Shown piece by piece: positions 40,101 to 46,711 of a DNA stretch of 59,979 nucleotides; position 1 is the first letter of the stretch; the number at the start of each line of letters is the position of its first letter. The position numbers and the translations under genes are program-made. Source of the DNA: an uncultured virus (IMG/VR IMGVR_UViG_3300032298_000389) (taxonomy: Duplodnaviria > Heunggongvirae > Uroviricota > Caudoviricetes); the IMG/VR virus record IMGVR_UViG_3300032298_000389, one strand, 5' to 3'. Under the pieces are notes generated by a model. The model ran no database searches and was not told the DNA's origin. It was given only the letters and a program-made list of their open reading frames with translations.

Positions 40101-40536
40101 CAAATGGAAAAAAATTAAAGCAAGATCAGGTGCTATAAATGAAGAAAGTTACAATACATATGGATTCTTAACAAACCACATGTTGTTGTTACTACTTGGT
40201 GTACAGGCTGAAACTTCTGCTTTTGTACCACTACCAAAAATCTTTGGAGTAAATCTAGGAGCAGATGATTACACTAAAATGCTTACCTCTACTTCAGCAT
40301 CATGGTACAATACAGTAGTTCTTTATGTACAGATCATGGGAGATGTATTAAATTTTGTTACATTTGATGAAGCTGCTAGATATGAGAAAGATCAAGGACC
40401 ATACTGGTGGCAACAAGAAGGAGCACTTAAATTTTGGAAAAGAATGTTTAGTGTATTTGGATTTACTGGAGGTACAGGGGATCCAACAACAGTACTTAAG
40501 AACTTCCAAAACAGTTCAACTAGATATGGTGGTTAA
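31141..40536 (+). CDS. Giant virion ejection protein (3131 aa) with zincin-like motifs, a LysM domain and C-terminal hydrophobic segments
   Basis: EEAAH (about 31747) and HEFSH (about 35200) motifs; LysM-pattern HNYTKGESLKQIADRYNVTVEELKKRNNI...LEDGQEMVI (39547-39675); hydrophobic GLIIITASLLAAMLFGF and MLLLLLGV. The start overlaps the RNAP stop (TAATG). Confidence 0.75.
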   Translation: MSCQVQINTINLLQKNNVIDDFSKGGRNRILNITEFDRLNDKYTQLAKIKYPNLSQIDGQLLFTIDEIETTDSSRSTYWRDAKYKTLWAVPNKEFFDKIQVEFDKAQMPESEPQPKVGPDGQYKLFGLSFDDPEKLEFETTTLGVINQFLENIGVEQRLVSNFYTNEGTPVEGALAAANFIKGTVDIIDDFEKRPSAWNKLPEEAAHWWYRLLKEDSGLKKLLWESHKTTTKRNQLYNTAYGKTVNKPEDLTEEAIGQLIAEAIKKIENQEGAPEDYGFLRAFIKWVDSLIKSFVSLVEDPFEVAAMKILSSDMTDLMSFDEYRKLNDIVYFDTILDDQSVAPMDYTIIEDIGIPVRPGKNIFDEVNSKYYFVFSSGEDILKGRQSPKFDTQEELDAWVYTNIKEYAPRQKSKLQEIKDTEVFFDRLLNKKYNKKTRFLKKTLSKYYQIVGGSMQSMRFDNWQPYENDLQITKPLDKNEKKILKNTNNYTNLTPTLKVLPLILQKYKKNPIILSEKLKVDGIKKQESEVIEAVKDLIIKENPKLKTISAEDLVNEVYNYLKANYTLGFANELDHLSYRINSTFYNTDGGEGVVEHNKISIRFNDTYHLKRGHFKYAPSAWANLTKFYSKSLSEKDAVLLHEIQNDNIEHLRDFLRKDNPLESSYEYFLNDVANQLQSNIDSILNNSFKINKNSDFTSYYNQSWISYYIIANSNNSVADAYRQIKQMTQEKIDLYDSSNSKEDVDFYLKEVDKAYGKRMIIQSIIRNGGLKALLTKQQIDEIQQLINDANSGDLITLNWKKNTFAKSMKPYIDIINENYKSKYGVGQNLIDDVYQLTIKAQPRSGYLDIDRSVNRFLSANTTKLLTNSNEVIDDTKKRLVSAYKAASAYNFSKQFIKITKEQFTELRENILFNQNLFEESIDIQSKKDLQLAASNVSNLTDSEIISDLQEDPFTGFTYKGWSLDAYTEKEAIKEVRELTSERKIEIQKEKVEKVKAKAAVKKQELDEKYKSSKLQAADILPMEMSYFTPLIHYTIQKHIKENGKNTPLYFSGFNITKLTQGNDRTALIYAGKDEVKFTKEEADKIKYQAALKLGLLQSADQIDDLKGELEYYEDLLQADDDYFISEYFNQDAFDRISVEERKKTLIDAKEVVKKRVDNLRDKLSKSKSSENVEEALKLLADYKRQSENNMNDVVNMIMNISNYQPIETGAIYNAMSQIPGVKLIWVPSIEGINGEPGGYKVDLTNYNFEQPVLYGLDTTATKSADTVTEPTEMYGIPLVDINVDTLQDARSKRVAEVLAQKLSLGLNIRFENITPEQAAKLTRVSPTPYNGEAAFYYAGTVYVVGDNININTILHEFSHPVINGIRIKNKKLFDNLYESMMMTVEGQQIRDNVLQKYPELGSNPDLLKSEILTYGLQLAAVNKLTGKIQSEGFESVINKLLASIKQLIRSIFGNKQGISDINVDTTIDELGRMLLEDEIDLSEYDVTNDDLIQYGKFVTERANELTKSMGSLDLEKVINEWYASNKAILDRARNFKTDKAIKEMLTKSIFGEKEGSTNLLPEAVSSLRRFQTITDFGKYSKDQLMNKVLDAEEDRLKELDRQARALINSIDKIDVIAQNMLNDLGKIYREKNVSARNTIALVNFYKQNSYAWKETIDQFNEIIREGGLSMDKDNLFYKVINKINANLDEINVVISQIYKKNNIQFYVELTGPMNEFVQDEFKKNLNTAFKNAYKSEADRDAAVDSFYNKVISQEDVTDDLEALYKNGVPKDVLVRFLNLYQQMVATPEKIQNALTGHAKDVSWFNRFLESYTSSNDPIVGSLALFIQNQRTEITNDFMDESGSFLKSLEKLLPQVNFTKLNVTQIQDMVTYEDTILYWDKDTGKPIERKIRTFLHEFGNGYRYAEDILEYNLAEARASKNQENIIKAREELKEFKKDYMWQEFVPEYYESDKVYDEIIPGYDAVTSKRIAMEAYSDRQNALDDYNNLINEHDDELSRFKNYSSLQAAFRKFKQLSALTYEDGTPKMDDPKKGIYDLSKAKLLQRVSQAKSKFYEFVPLQKSLESAYNEFINNLGTDGITRDNPDFDKKVKEWRKQNLTMKYDSRYAQRRREILDRVGELQSKMNLSFDMAGAYREINDLIFTYRDELGQPITPELGEDKIQRIQELEQSIINFRESLDRNSGLSQEERSYLNTLTAMVKKGTELSDEQKRQMVNLLQRQAQTGLSITEAAELQNLFAELGDLSEKIPTDYYMDALNFHLSRLEAGEVTVDEVEDYINDEEFQDLLEKDEKLRDWFEMNHVTKKRKVDGKTVISYEPTIANRITVPVNKDYILTTKIVDQDTGDTITLEGVPNARHSRYQVKNEFRTIPIGESWDKYVGIYVDNKGNYLPRLHEPGNKNSAKDARFMNQRFFDLKRSNNAEYKLLEEMKKFHLGIQKGQSNYSKLYLDMPRFAVKAGDLYQAMQRGKIGERFKNFREWKDQLVGKSVNDFERGYNYDAKNNLVNTDLKGNQITYVPVEGIFNIELDKTDADIITSLFRYGMSVKTQGKLLESLPIVESIVSTLEDPANQPKNMDAYSKGIFNVRNLYQNPTKAGAENNRLGQVRSLIEREYLGQQTASFEESNPRLSKWLDMIQGLSTRASLAVNIPSDLKNQFSGYMQSMIEAIGGEFITSKDYAMAVPWSTQALLTWASKDAYAVGPGSLSGQMLQRFDPTFTSEDKFGNSVSKSLIKDLANGSWMYAHRKFGEMDVAVKLFGAFLHGQKVNQLVGGKQVSMRYVDAFELDNEGLMRLKAGVDAAWDTKSVFHNYTKGESLKQIADRYNVTVEELKKRNNIESEIQLEDGQEMVIAKSEKFKAFKNKLQGTSRRLFGAYDRFGQPEGNKFIAYRMFFFMRKWFTPMLTNRWGFDSKTGGLSSGGERYDWALGRYTKGYYVSAFQTLVRLIKSKGAEMSYMTDQEKADLRRTMAEGLIIITASLLAAMLFGFDPDDDDKWKKIKARSGAINEESYNTYGFLTNHMLLLLLGVQAETSAFVPLPKIFGVNLGADDYTKMLTSTSASWYNTVVLYVQIMGDVLNFVTFDEAARYEKDQGPYWWQQEGALKFWKRMFSVFGFTGGTGDPTTVLKNFQNSSTRYGG

Positions 40537-40550
40537 TTAATATATAGAAA

Positions 40551-40691
40551 ATGGCAAAGACAACAACAGGATCAGTAAAGACCTACATGAAAACTAAAAA
40601 ATCCCGTCCGGGGATACATGCTAAAACTAAAAGTTCTAAGATGAAAAAGTCTAGGAACTATAAAAAAGCATACAGAGCACAAGGTAGGTAA
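40551..40691 (+). CDS. Small very basic protein (46 aa), absent from the ORF track
   Basis: Hand translation gives MAKTTTGSVKTYMKTKKSRPGIHAKTKSSKMKKSRNYKKAYRAQGR*. It has an A-rich start context and fills the gap between the giant gene and the terminator. Confidence 0.75.
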   Translation: MAKTTTGSVKTYMKTKKSRPGIHAKTKSSKMKKSRNYKKAYRAQGR

Positions 40692-40719
40692 AAAAAAGGG
40701 AGAACCCGAAGGCTCTCCC
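40690..40719 (-). terminator. Intrinsic terminator at the convergence of the two gene blocks
   Basis: The - strand reads GGGAGAGCC-TTCG-GGTTCTCCC-TTTTTTTT: a 9-bp stem with one G-U pair, a C(UUCG)G tetraloop and a U-tract. Confidence 0.9.
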
Positions 40720-40721
40720 AT

Positions 40722-40910
40722 TTAATCATCTTCATCTTCACAACAGTCACATTTTTCTGTCTGTTGTGTTCCATATTCATTGTCAAACCAATCTCTTGCT
40801 TCTTTTTTAGAAGGATACTCATTAGAACCTGACTCAATTATAGATTCAGCACCTGCAAGGTATGCTTCAATCATTGCTTTTCTAAATGTTATTGGATGCA
40901 TCTGTGTCAA
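40722..40910 (-). CDS. Hypothetical protein (62 aa)
   Basis: Overlaps the end of the upstream gene, stops just before the terminator, and ends in CDCC plus an acidic tail. Confidence 0.6.
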   Translation of the reverse strand: MTQMHPITFRKAMIEAYLAGAESIIESGSNEYPSKKEARDWFDNEYGTQQTEKCDCCEDEDD

Positions 40911-41289
40911 CTTTAATAAACTTACTCAAATCTGGTCTGAAATATCCAGGTCCTTTAAGAATTTTCCCATCATGTCTAAGGATTGGTTTACCATCCTCAC
41001 CAAGTTTACTCATATTACTTGCTTGTATTTCATTGAATACATCAAGAATAATATGTTGCATACCATGTTTAAGAATTGTACCACATAAGATATACAACTG
41101 ATCCCCTAGAGCATCAGCAATTTCTACTAAAGACTTACTATAACATGCTTCTAAATATTCATCATTTTCTTCTTTCATAAGAGTGTGTCTAAGATCAAAC
41201 TCTGATGTAGGTAATAATATTGGCCACTGTCCATCTACTTGACCAAATGCTTTGTGGAACTCTGCCACTGCTTGTAATTGTTTTTCCAT
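40882..41289 (-). CDS. MazG-like/PRA-PH all-alpha nucleoside triphosphate pyrophosphohydrolase (DR2231-type, possible dUTPase)
   Basis: EENDEY...EIADALGD acidic metal-binding motif and SNMSKLGEDGKPILRHDGKILKGPGYF C-terminal signature. Confidence 0.85.
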   Translation of the reverse strand: MEKQLQAVAEFHKAFGQVDGQWPILLPTSEFDLRHTLMKEENDEYLEACYSKSLVEIADALGDQLYILCGTILKHGMQHIILDVFNEIQASNMSKLGEDGKPILRHDGKILKGPGYFRPDLSKFIKVDTDASNNI

Positions 41290-41300
41290 AATGTAAAGGT

Positions 41301-41332
41301 AAAAAAAAAGGGGATAGCCTAAGCTACCCCCT
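41301..41332 (-). terminator. Intrinsic terminator-like hairpin
   Basis: The - strand reads AGGGGGTAGC-TTAG-GCTATCCCC-TTTTTTTTT, downstream of the 41358..42695 gene. Confidence 0.8.
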
Positions 41333-41357
41333 ATTTGAAAAAAAAATAATTATTAAA

Positions 41358-42695
41358 CTAAAAGAAATCAGCAATTAAATCCTGATCATCTTCAGCATTG
41401 TCACCAAAGTCAAGATCAAAATTATCTTCTTCGGCAAACTCATTAGAAAGATTTTCTTCTTTCTCAGTTTCTGCATCATGTGCTGCACAAGGACTAGTTG
41501 GTTCTTCAACAACTGTTACAGCCATTTTTGTAGTTTCATTAAGATTAACTGTATCAACTGTAATATTTACTTGTGGAAAAATGTCCTCTGTTTTTTCAGG
41601 ACTAATTTCCTCTTCATTTTTACTAGCTAAATAATCTTCTATAGTTGCAACAGGCTCCGGTTTTTCTATTGGAACTAGTAATGAACCTAACACAGCATCA
41701 TCATGAGCATCTATATCAAATGGAACTTCTATGTCTTCAACAACATCTTCAACTTCTTCTTCATACTGGTACAAAATCTCTTCATTTTTTACCTCATTTG
41801 TTCCACTTTCTTCTTCTACTTTAGCATATCTAATGTCTTCATCCATTTGATCTGCTTCTAAGTCTGCTTCAGCTTCTGCAATTGCATCTAGTAAACTTAT
41901 CTGATTAGGATCTACTTCAGTTTCTATGACTTCACTAACAGTGTTAATAGGTTGAACTACCTGTGCAGGTGTACTGCACTGCTGAAAGTTTCCAATAGTA
42001 GAAATAAAATAATGAAGAATTCTTTGGTCTTCCATCCATGTCTTTGGATGTGATGACTGTAATGCATTAGTTACAAAATTATAGAATGCCCATAAACTAT
42101 CAGTATTAGCAAATACTTGTTGTGGTCTCTTCATTTGATCCCGGATCATACTAGCTTGTTCAGTAGTAAGAATCTCATACTCTGCAAACAATACTCCTAA
42201 CAACTGAGCTTGTTTTCTCTTGTTAAGAGTTACAGTTTCCATGGTAGCTTTGTCAGAACACAATTGAGTATAATACATATGAGCATTTGCAATGTAAGAA
42301 TCAATTGTATCTTGTGTTTCTTTATCTGCAGTTCCAGTATGCTTTCTAACCCATGAACCAACTTCTCCAGAAATCATTACTGATCCTGTTTGATTTATGT
42401 AAGCACCAACTACACATTTAAACTTTACTTGTTTATTATAACTGTTTGTCCAAGCAAACATCATAGACAACTCTGGGTCATTATTAAAGTTTAGTTTATA
42501 AATTCCCTGAGCAATTTGTCCATCAGCAGTACATCTGTACTCCTCATCTACAATACCAAACCCTGCATTAGCAAGGGCTTGATAAGCATAATCAATTACA
42601 AACTGGTGACTAATTACAGTATAAGTAGTCCCATGATTTGGTAAAGGCACACTAATTAAATGGGCCTTTGTTGTGTTCTGTATTTTCTTTGGCAT
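41358..42695 (-). CDS. DUF932-like protein with long acidic C-terminal tail
   Basis: YTVISHQ...MFAWTNSYN...GAYI...G.V..RKHTG pattern recalled for DUF932-family proteins. About the last 190 aa are strongly D/E-rich. Confidence 0.6.
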   Translation of the reverse strand: MPKKIQNTTKAHLISVPLPNHGTTYTVISHQFVIDYAYQALANAGFGIVDEEYRCTADGQIAQGIYKLNFNNDPELSMMFAWTNSYNKQVKFKCVVGAYINQTGSVMISGEVGSWVRKHTGTADKETQDTIDSYIANAHMYYTQLCSDKATMETVTLNKRKQAQLLGVLFAEYEILTTEQASMIRDQMKRPQQVFANTDSLWAFYNFVTNALQSSHPKTWMEDQRILHYFISTIGNFQQCSTPAQVVQPINTVSEVIETEVDPNQISLLDAIAEAEADLEADQMDEDIRYAKVEEESGTNEVKNEEILYQYEEEVEDVVEDIEVPFDIDAHDDAVLGSLLVPIEKPEPVATIEDYLASKNEEEISPEKTEDIFPQVNITVDTVNLNETTKMAVTVVEEPTSPCAAHDAETEKEENLSNEFAEEDNFDLDFGDNAEDDQDLIADFF

Positions 42696-42696
42696 A

Positions 42697-44601
42697 TTAA
42701 AATAAACTTAATTGATTTGTACTTGGATCTAGAGATTCTATTTCTTTTCTAATCTTCTCTAGATAATAATCATAATTAATATCATATTCTTCAAATGGTT
42801 TTTCTACATAGTCTATCATTGTAGTTTGTAACCATCTTCCGGCTTCTATTTGTATATCTCTCCCGTCATTATTATGTTTCTTAATGATTTTAGATCCTGT
42901 TTTAGAGATGTAATACCTAATAGTATCTTGAAGTTTTGTTTCACTATAATCTCCAAGTTCTATTTTACGTTCAATAAATTTCCAATCTCCTTTAATCTTA
43001 ACACCACCACAAAAATCAAAAATGTTTAGATTTTCTTTGATAAACTTTTCAGGTTTAATTCCATCTACAAAGTATGCATGTAGTGCTTGTGGTATGATTA
43101 AGAAACTTTTGTTTTTATGAAGAGCAAGATCTTTGTATTCAAATCTACCTTTACATTTAGACTTTCCATTTTCAGTAACGGCAATGTAATTATTTACATC
43201 ACCTAGTACTAATTTATTATACTTGTCATGTTCTAATTGTAGATTAGTAATACCTTCCCATATCTTACAGATTTCCATGTACTTGTCCACATATTCTCTA
43301 GGAATCATAGTCTCCAGACCATCTGTATTCTGCATCAACGGTATTGCTCCGGGAATACCTTCACAAATCATCTCATACAACATAGTTAAAGACAACTGAC
43401 CATTAATAGTTATACTCATAGTAAACTGTGGATCATACAGGAAACTATTTTCATCATTACTGAGACCATAAGTAGAGTTTAGAATAATTTTATATACATA
43501 ATTACGTGGATCTGATTTTGGAATCTTTTTTCTTTCTTCAAAGAACCACTCATACTGTTCACAGAATTCTTCTTTAGGTAAATGTGCCGGAGCCCATCCA
43601 TTTCTAATAGCAAGATTAGGATAGAAACTTACAACATCTGATGTCATGATAATCATATCTTCAGTAGAGTTATAAACTTTACTAGTTCTGGCACCGTGAA
43701 TACCACCAAGACCATAATCTGTTTTAACACCTTTATACTGCACAGAATATTTAAATCCTCCTTTAGTTTGACCAGGATACAGTACTACATCTTGAAACTT
43801 CTTTAGAAGATTTTGAAATGTAGCTGTCTCAAAACTAATATAAGGTAGAATAATATCCTTAAATATAATCTGTTCTCTACTAGTTCTCATCTTTCTTAAT
43901 TCAGACTTTCTAATTCTAGTAGATCTACTTAAGAAATGCAAGAATAATTCTTTAGATATTCTGGGCTCAGAGGCTGAGAACAAATCTATGTTATAATCAT
44001 CTGTTAGTGTTTTTCTCAGATTAATTTGTTCTTTACTTAGATGCATAATCTGTTTAGTAGACTTAACATCATTGATACAGTACTTGATAATCATCTCTAT
44101 TTGAGATTCTATTACATTAAAACTATGATGAATTGGCATATCCATTATATTTTTCCAATCCATAGTATACTGTATCCATTTGAGACTAGATCTTTTTGCA
44201 GGATTATCCCAGTGATTGAGTTTAAATACATCAATCTGTCTAATACTTAAGTCTCTAGAACCAAATTCAGGGAATTCTCCATTACGAGATCTATTAATAA
44301 CTTCTTGTGCTTTATCATATAAAAATGTTGCAACTTCTTCACCATCTGCAGCACCATGAATTAATTGATCTTTATTCCGGAGAATATGTTCAGTAATCTG
44401 ACTGTCAAATGATAAACCATTAAAACTTACATGCCATTCATCAAGAGTTGCATTCCTCTCTAGAAAAGTAACTAGTTCTAATATATCATTTTTAGATTCG
44501 TGACAGACAAATACTTCTGTGTGTTCAGACTTTATGTCTTCAAAGACTGCTACAAAACAATTACTAAGAGTTTCGTAGTCCATTACCCAATGTGTTCTCA
44601 T
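42697..44601 (-). CDS. polB: Family B DNA polymerase with 3'-5' exonuclease
   Basis: Exo I DYET, Exo II FNGLSFD, Exo III YCINDV; polymerase motif A SDVVSFYPN, motif B KIILNSTYG, motif C NTDG. Confidence 0.93.
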   Translation of the reverse strand: MRTHWVMDYETLSNCFVAVFEDIKSEHTEVFVCHESKNDILELVTFLERNATLDEWHVSFNGLSFDSQITEHILRNKDQLIHGAADGEEVATFLYDKAQEVINRSRNGEFPEFGSRDLSIRQIDVFKLNHWDNPAKRSSLKWIQYTMDWKNIMDMPIHHSFNVIESQIEMIIKYCINDVKSTKQIMHLSKEQINLRKTLTDDYNIDLFSASEPRISKELFLHFLSRSTRIRKSELRKMRTSREQIIFKDIILPYISFETATFQNLLKKFQDVVLYPGQTKGGFKYSVQYKGVKTDYGLGGIHGARTSKVYNSTEDMIIMTSDVVSFYPNLAIRNGWAPAHLPKEEFCEQYEWFFEERKKIPKSDPRNYVYKIILNSTYGLSNDENSFLYDPQFTMSITINGQLSLTMLYEMICEGIPGAIPLMQNTDGLETMIPREYVDKYMEICKIWEGITNLQLEHDKYNKLVLGDVNNYIAVTENGKSKCKGRFEYKDLALHKNKSFLIIPQALHAYFVDGIKPEKFIKENLNIFDFCGGVKIKGDWKFIERKIELGDYSETKLQDTIRYYISKTGSKIIKKHNNDGRDIQIEAGRWLQTTMIDYVEKPFEEYDINYDYYLEKIRKEIESLDPSTNQLSLF

Positions 44602-44641
44602 ATGCTCAGTTCAGTTAAGCTGTTCCCCCATTTAAATTAAT

Positions 44642-44677
44642 AAAAAAAGGGAGGTTACTATACTTCATCTCCCTTTT
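44642..44677 (-). terminator. Terminator-like hairpin upstream of polB
   Basis: AAAAGGGAG/CTCCCTTTT inverted repeat followed by a T run on the - strand. Confidence 0.6.
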
Positions 44678-44740
44678 CCTCGCAATGTTTAAAAATCTAA
44701 AAATGAAAAACCAAACTGGCAGTGCACATAGATTTTTGGC

Positions 44741-45097
44741 CTATACTGGATCAGAATCCAACATAAACTTCTTATAATCAAACTTCTTTGCATTAACTGC
44801 AAAAGTTTTGATTAATTCTTCAATAGCAGAAGCATCTTCTACATAAAACTCTTGAAACACTTCAATCTTGTGTCTCTCTTGTTTCATACCTTTTGTTCCT
44901 GAAACAGCTTGACCATAGTCATCTAGTTTAGGAAGCATGTGAAGAGATGTCTTCTTAATTTTAGAGATAATTACAAATACTTTTGTCCCGGGATCAAAGA
45001 TACATTCTACATAAGGACATTCATCTTTAATAGGGATCATTCTAAAGGTTTGTTGTTCTTGCCATGTGGCCTGAACTAACATCATTGATTCATTCAT
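44741..45097 (-). CDS. Hypothetical protein (118 aa)
   Basis: Operon-like overlap with the upstream gene and natural composition. A TAAATTTG (TAnnTTTG) element lies at 45121-45114. Confidence 0.7.
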   Translation of the reverse strand: MNESMMLVQATWQEQQTFRMIPIKDECPYVECIFDPGTKVFVIISKIKKTSLHMLPKLDDYGQAVSGTKGMKQERHKIEVFQEFYVEDASAIEELIKTFAVNAKKFDYKKFMLDSDPV

Positions 45098-45686
45098 TTT
45101 CTGTTGGTTTTGACAAATTTAATAATTTATTTTCACTAAGATCTCCTAAGTCTGCAGGTTCTAGAAATAAAGTTTCTTTTTCCATATCAGGCTTAGTACA
45201 TAACTCCCCCACTTGAATTAACATTTCTGGTTCTACACCTAAAAGTTCTGCATAGTTACTAAAATACTTTTCAGGTATTAAATAACTATGCATATAGGCA
45301 TAATTACCACTGTATTTGTCAAAAAAGTTAAGGATTTTTTGCTTTAAATTCATACTTATTTTACTGTATTTCCCATTAATAAAATGGAACCAGTCATCTC
45401 CTAAATCAGATAAATCAAATGTAAGAACTAATTGATTATCTACTTTTACGTAGTCATTTAGTCTGTTGTGGTTAAGTAAAACATTCTTTTCAAAATGTTT
45501 ATACTCATCATCTGTTCTTACATCATAAACGCATATTAATTTCATATCCTCAGAGTTGTAGTATCCTTTCCAACTTATATAAGTTTCAATTGGAATAACA
45601 CTTACCCCTCTTTTAATGCCCAAGATTGGATATAAAAACACCTTGGACTTTTGAAAGTACTTCTTATAAACAGAATTTAAAGCCAT
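45090..45686 (-). CDS. Hypothetical protein (198 aa)
   Basis: Tightly packed ORF in the replication block with no recognised motif. Confidence 0.7.
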   Translation of the reverse strand: MALNSVYKKYFQKSKVFLYPILGIKRGVSVIPIETYISWKGYYNSEDMKLICVYDVRTDDEYKHFEKNVLLNHNRLNDYVKVDNQLVLTFDLSDLGDDWFHFINGKYSKISMNLKQKILNFFDKYSGNYAYMHSYLIPEKYFSNYAELLGVEPEMLIQVGELCTKPDMEKETLFLEPADLGDLSENKLLNLSKPTENE

Positions 45687-45691
45687 AAAAT

Positions 45692-46711
45692 CTACAATTT
45701 AATATTACCTACTGCTAAGTCATATGGTAGGTCATATCTTTTGTTTTCATAATGCCATTTGGCAATTTTCAAAACATCACCGAAATCACTTTTCCATTGA
45801 CCCATTGATTCTTTAGAGACTTGGAAAGGATAAACTAAATTGTATTTGTCAATTACAATGAAAGTTACTTGGACTTCCCAGTCTTGTTTGTCTGGTTTGT
45901 CTTTCAAAAATTTATCTGAAGCTAGAATAGTATAGATCACTCCTTGTATCCAATACTTGTAATAATCTACTGCATCAGGGAAATCTTGGATAGACTTACC
46001 AGTTGTTTTGAGGTCATTGATAAAAATTATCTTTGCCTCATTATCAACTACGACATTGTCAAGAACTCCATGTAAACCAAAAGGGATTTTGTCATGGTCA
46101 ACCTTAATGTGCAACTCATTGTAGGTCTCAATGTGGGTGTCTTCCTTAGTAACATCTAGTGCTAATAGTGTTCTCACATCACTATTACTTTTTAGTATTT
46201 CAACCTGTGCTTTGCAGCCATTCAAAGTAGGTTCATCTACTACTGTTTTGTCTAGACTTTGTTTAAGGAATTCAAAATACTCTTTGTGATCATCAGTAAG
46301 TATCTTATCAAGTCTTTGTTGATCAGTTTTAAGATTTTGGTAAAGATTTGCTGTAAGTAGCTGTGTAAGTATATCTTGTGAGTAGTCTTCCAAAAGTAAT
46401 GAATTATTTTGATATCCAAGATGGATTCTAAAAATATTATCAATAATTTTTTTTGGATTATCACTAGGTAGTTTTCCCGGTAGTGATATAAATTTATCAT
46501 CATATGCATCAGGTTCAAACAAAAGACAGTGTAGGACACTCCCTCCTACGAGGTGAGCATCCTTACTATCTTCTCTTTGGTTGAGCACATAATGATTGTA
46601 AAATAATGCAGGAGAATAAAGTAACTTATTCAACCCACTATAACTGAAGTAAAACTTCTCTTTGTAAAATCTCTCTAGTTCATCAGAACCATTCAAAGTC
46701 ATTTGTGTCAT
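45692..46711 (-). CDS. PD-(D/E)xK exonuclease (RecE/exonuclease VIII-like)
   Basis: FSYSGLNKLL, GSVLHCLLFEP, HGVLD...INDLKTT and YWIQGVIY motifs. Confidence 0.8.
   Translation of the reverse strand: MTQMTLNGSDELERFYKEKFYFSYSGLNKLLYSPALFYNHYVLNQREDSKDAHLVGGSVLHCLLFEPDAYDDKFISLPGKLPSDNPKKIIDNIFRIHLGYQNNSLLLEDYSQDILTQLLTANLYQNLKTDQQRLDKILTDDHKEYFEFLKQSLDKTVVDEPTLNGCKAQVEILKSNSDVRTLLALDVTKEDTHIETYNELHIKVDHDKIPFGLHGVLDNVVVDNEAKIIFINDLKTTGKSIQDFPDAVDYYKYWIQGVIYTILASDKFLKDKPDKQDWEVQVTFIVIDKYNLVYPFQVSKESMGQWKSDFGDVLKIAKWHYENKRYDLPYDLAVGNIKL

Noticed and set aside
1997..40540. Numerous 60-120 aa ORFs antisense or out of frame within the + block (e.g. 2596..2805, 7960..8151, 9188..9550, 18803..19018, 19620..19928, 40355..40540)
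   Set aside because: They are shadows of long genes with biased composition, poor start contexts and no codon anomaly in the host frame. Only 19901..20089 was kept.
20693..44601. Inteins or introns in the RNAP, giant proteins or PolB
   Set aside because: No internal Cys/His-Asn splice junction pattern or LAGLIDADG motif was seen, and PolB has compact, normally spaced motifs.
40537..44740. tRNA or other known structured RNA genes in intergenic gaps
   Set aside because: The gaps are short and show no cloverleaf or T-loop (GTTCRA) signature; the hairpins are simple stems.
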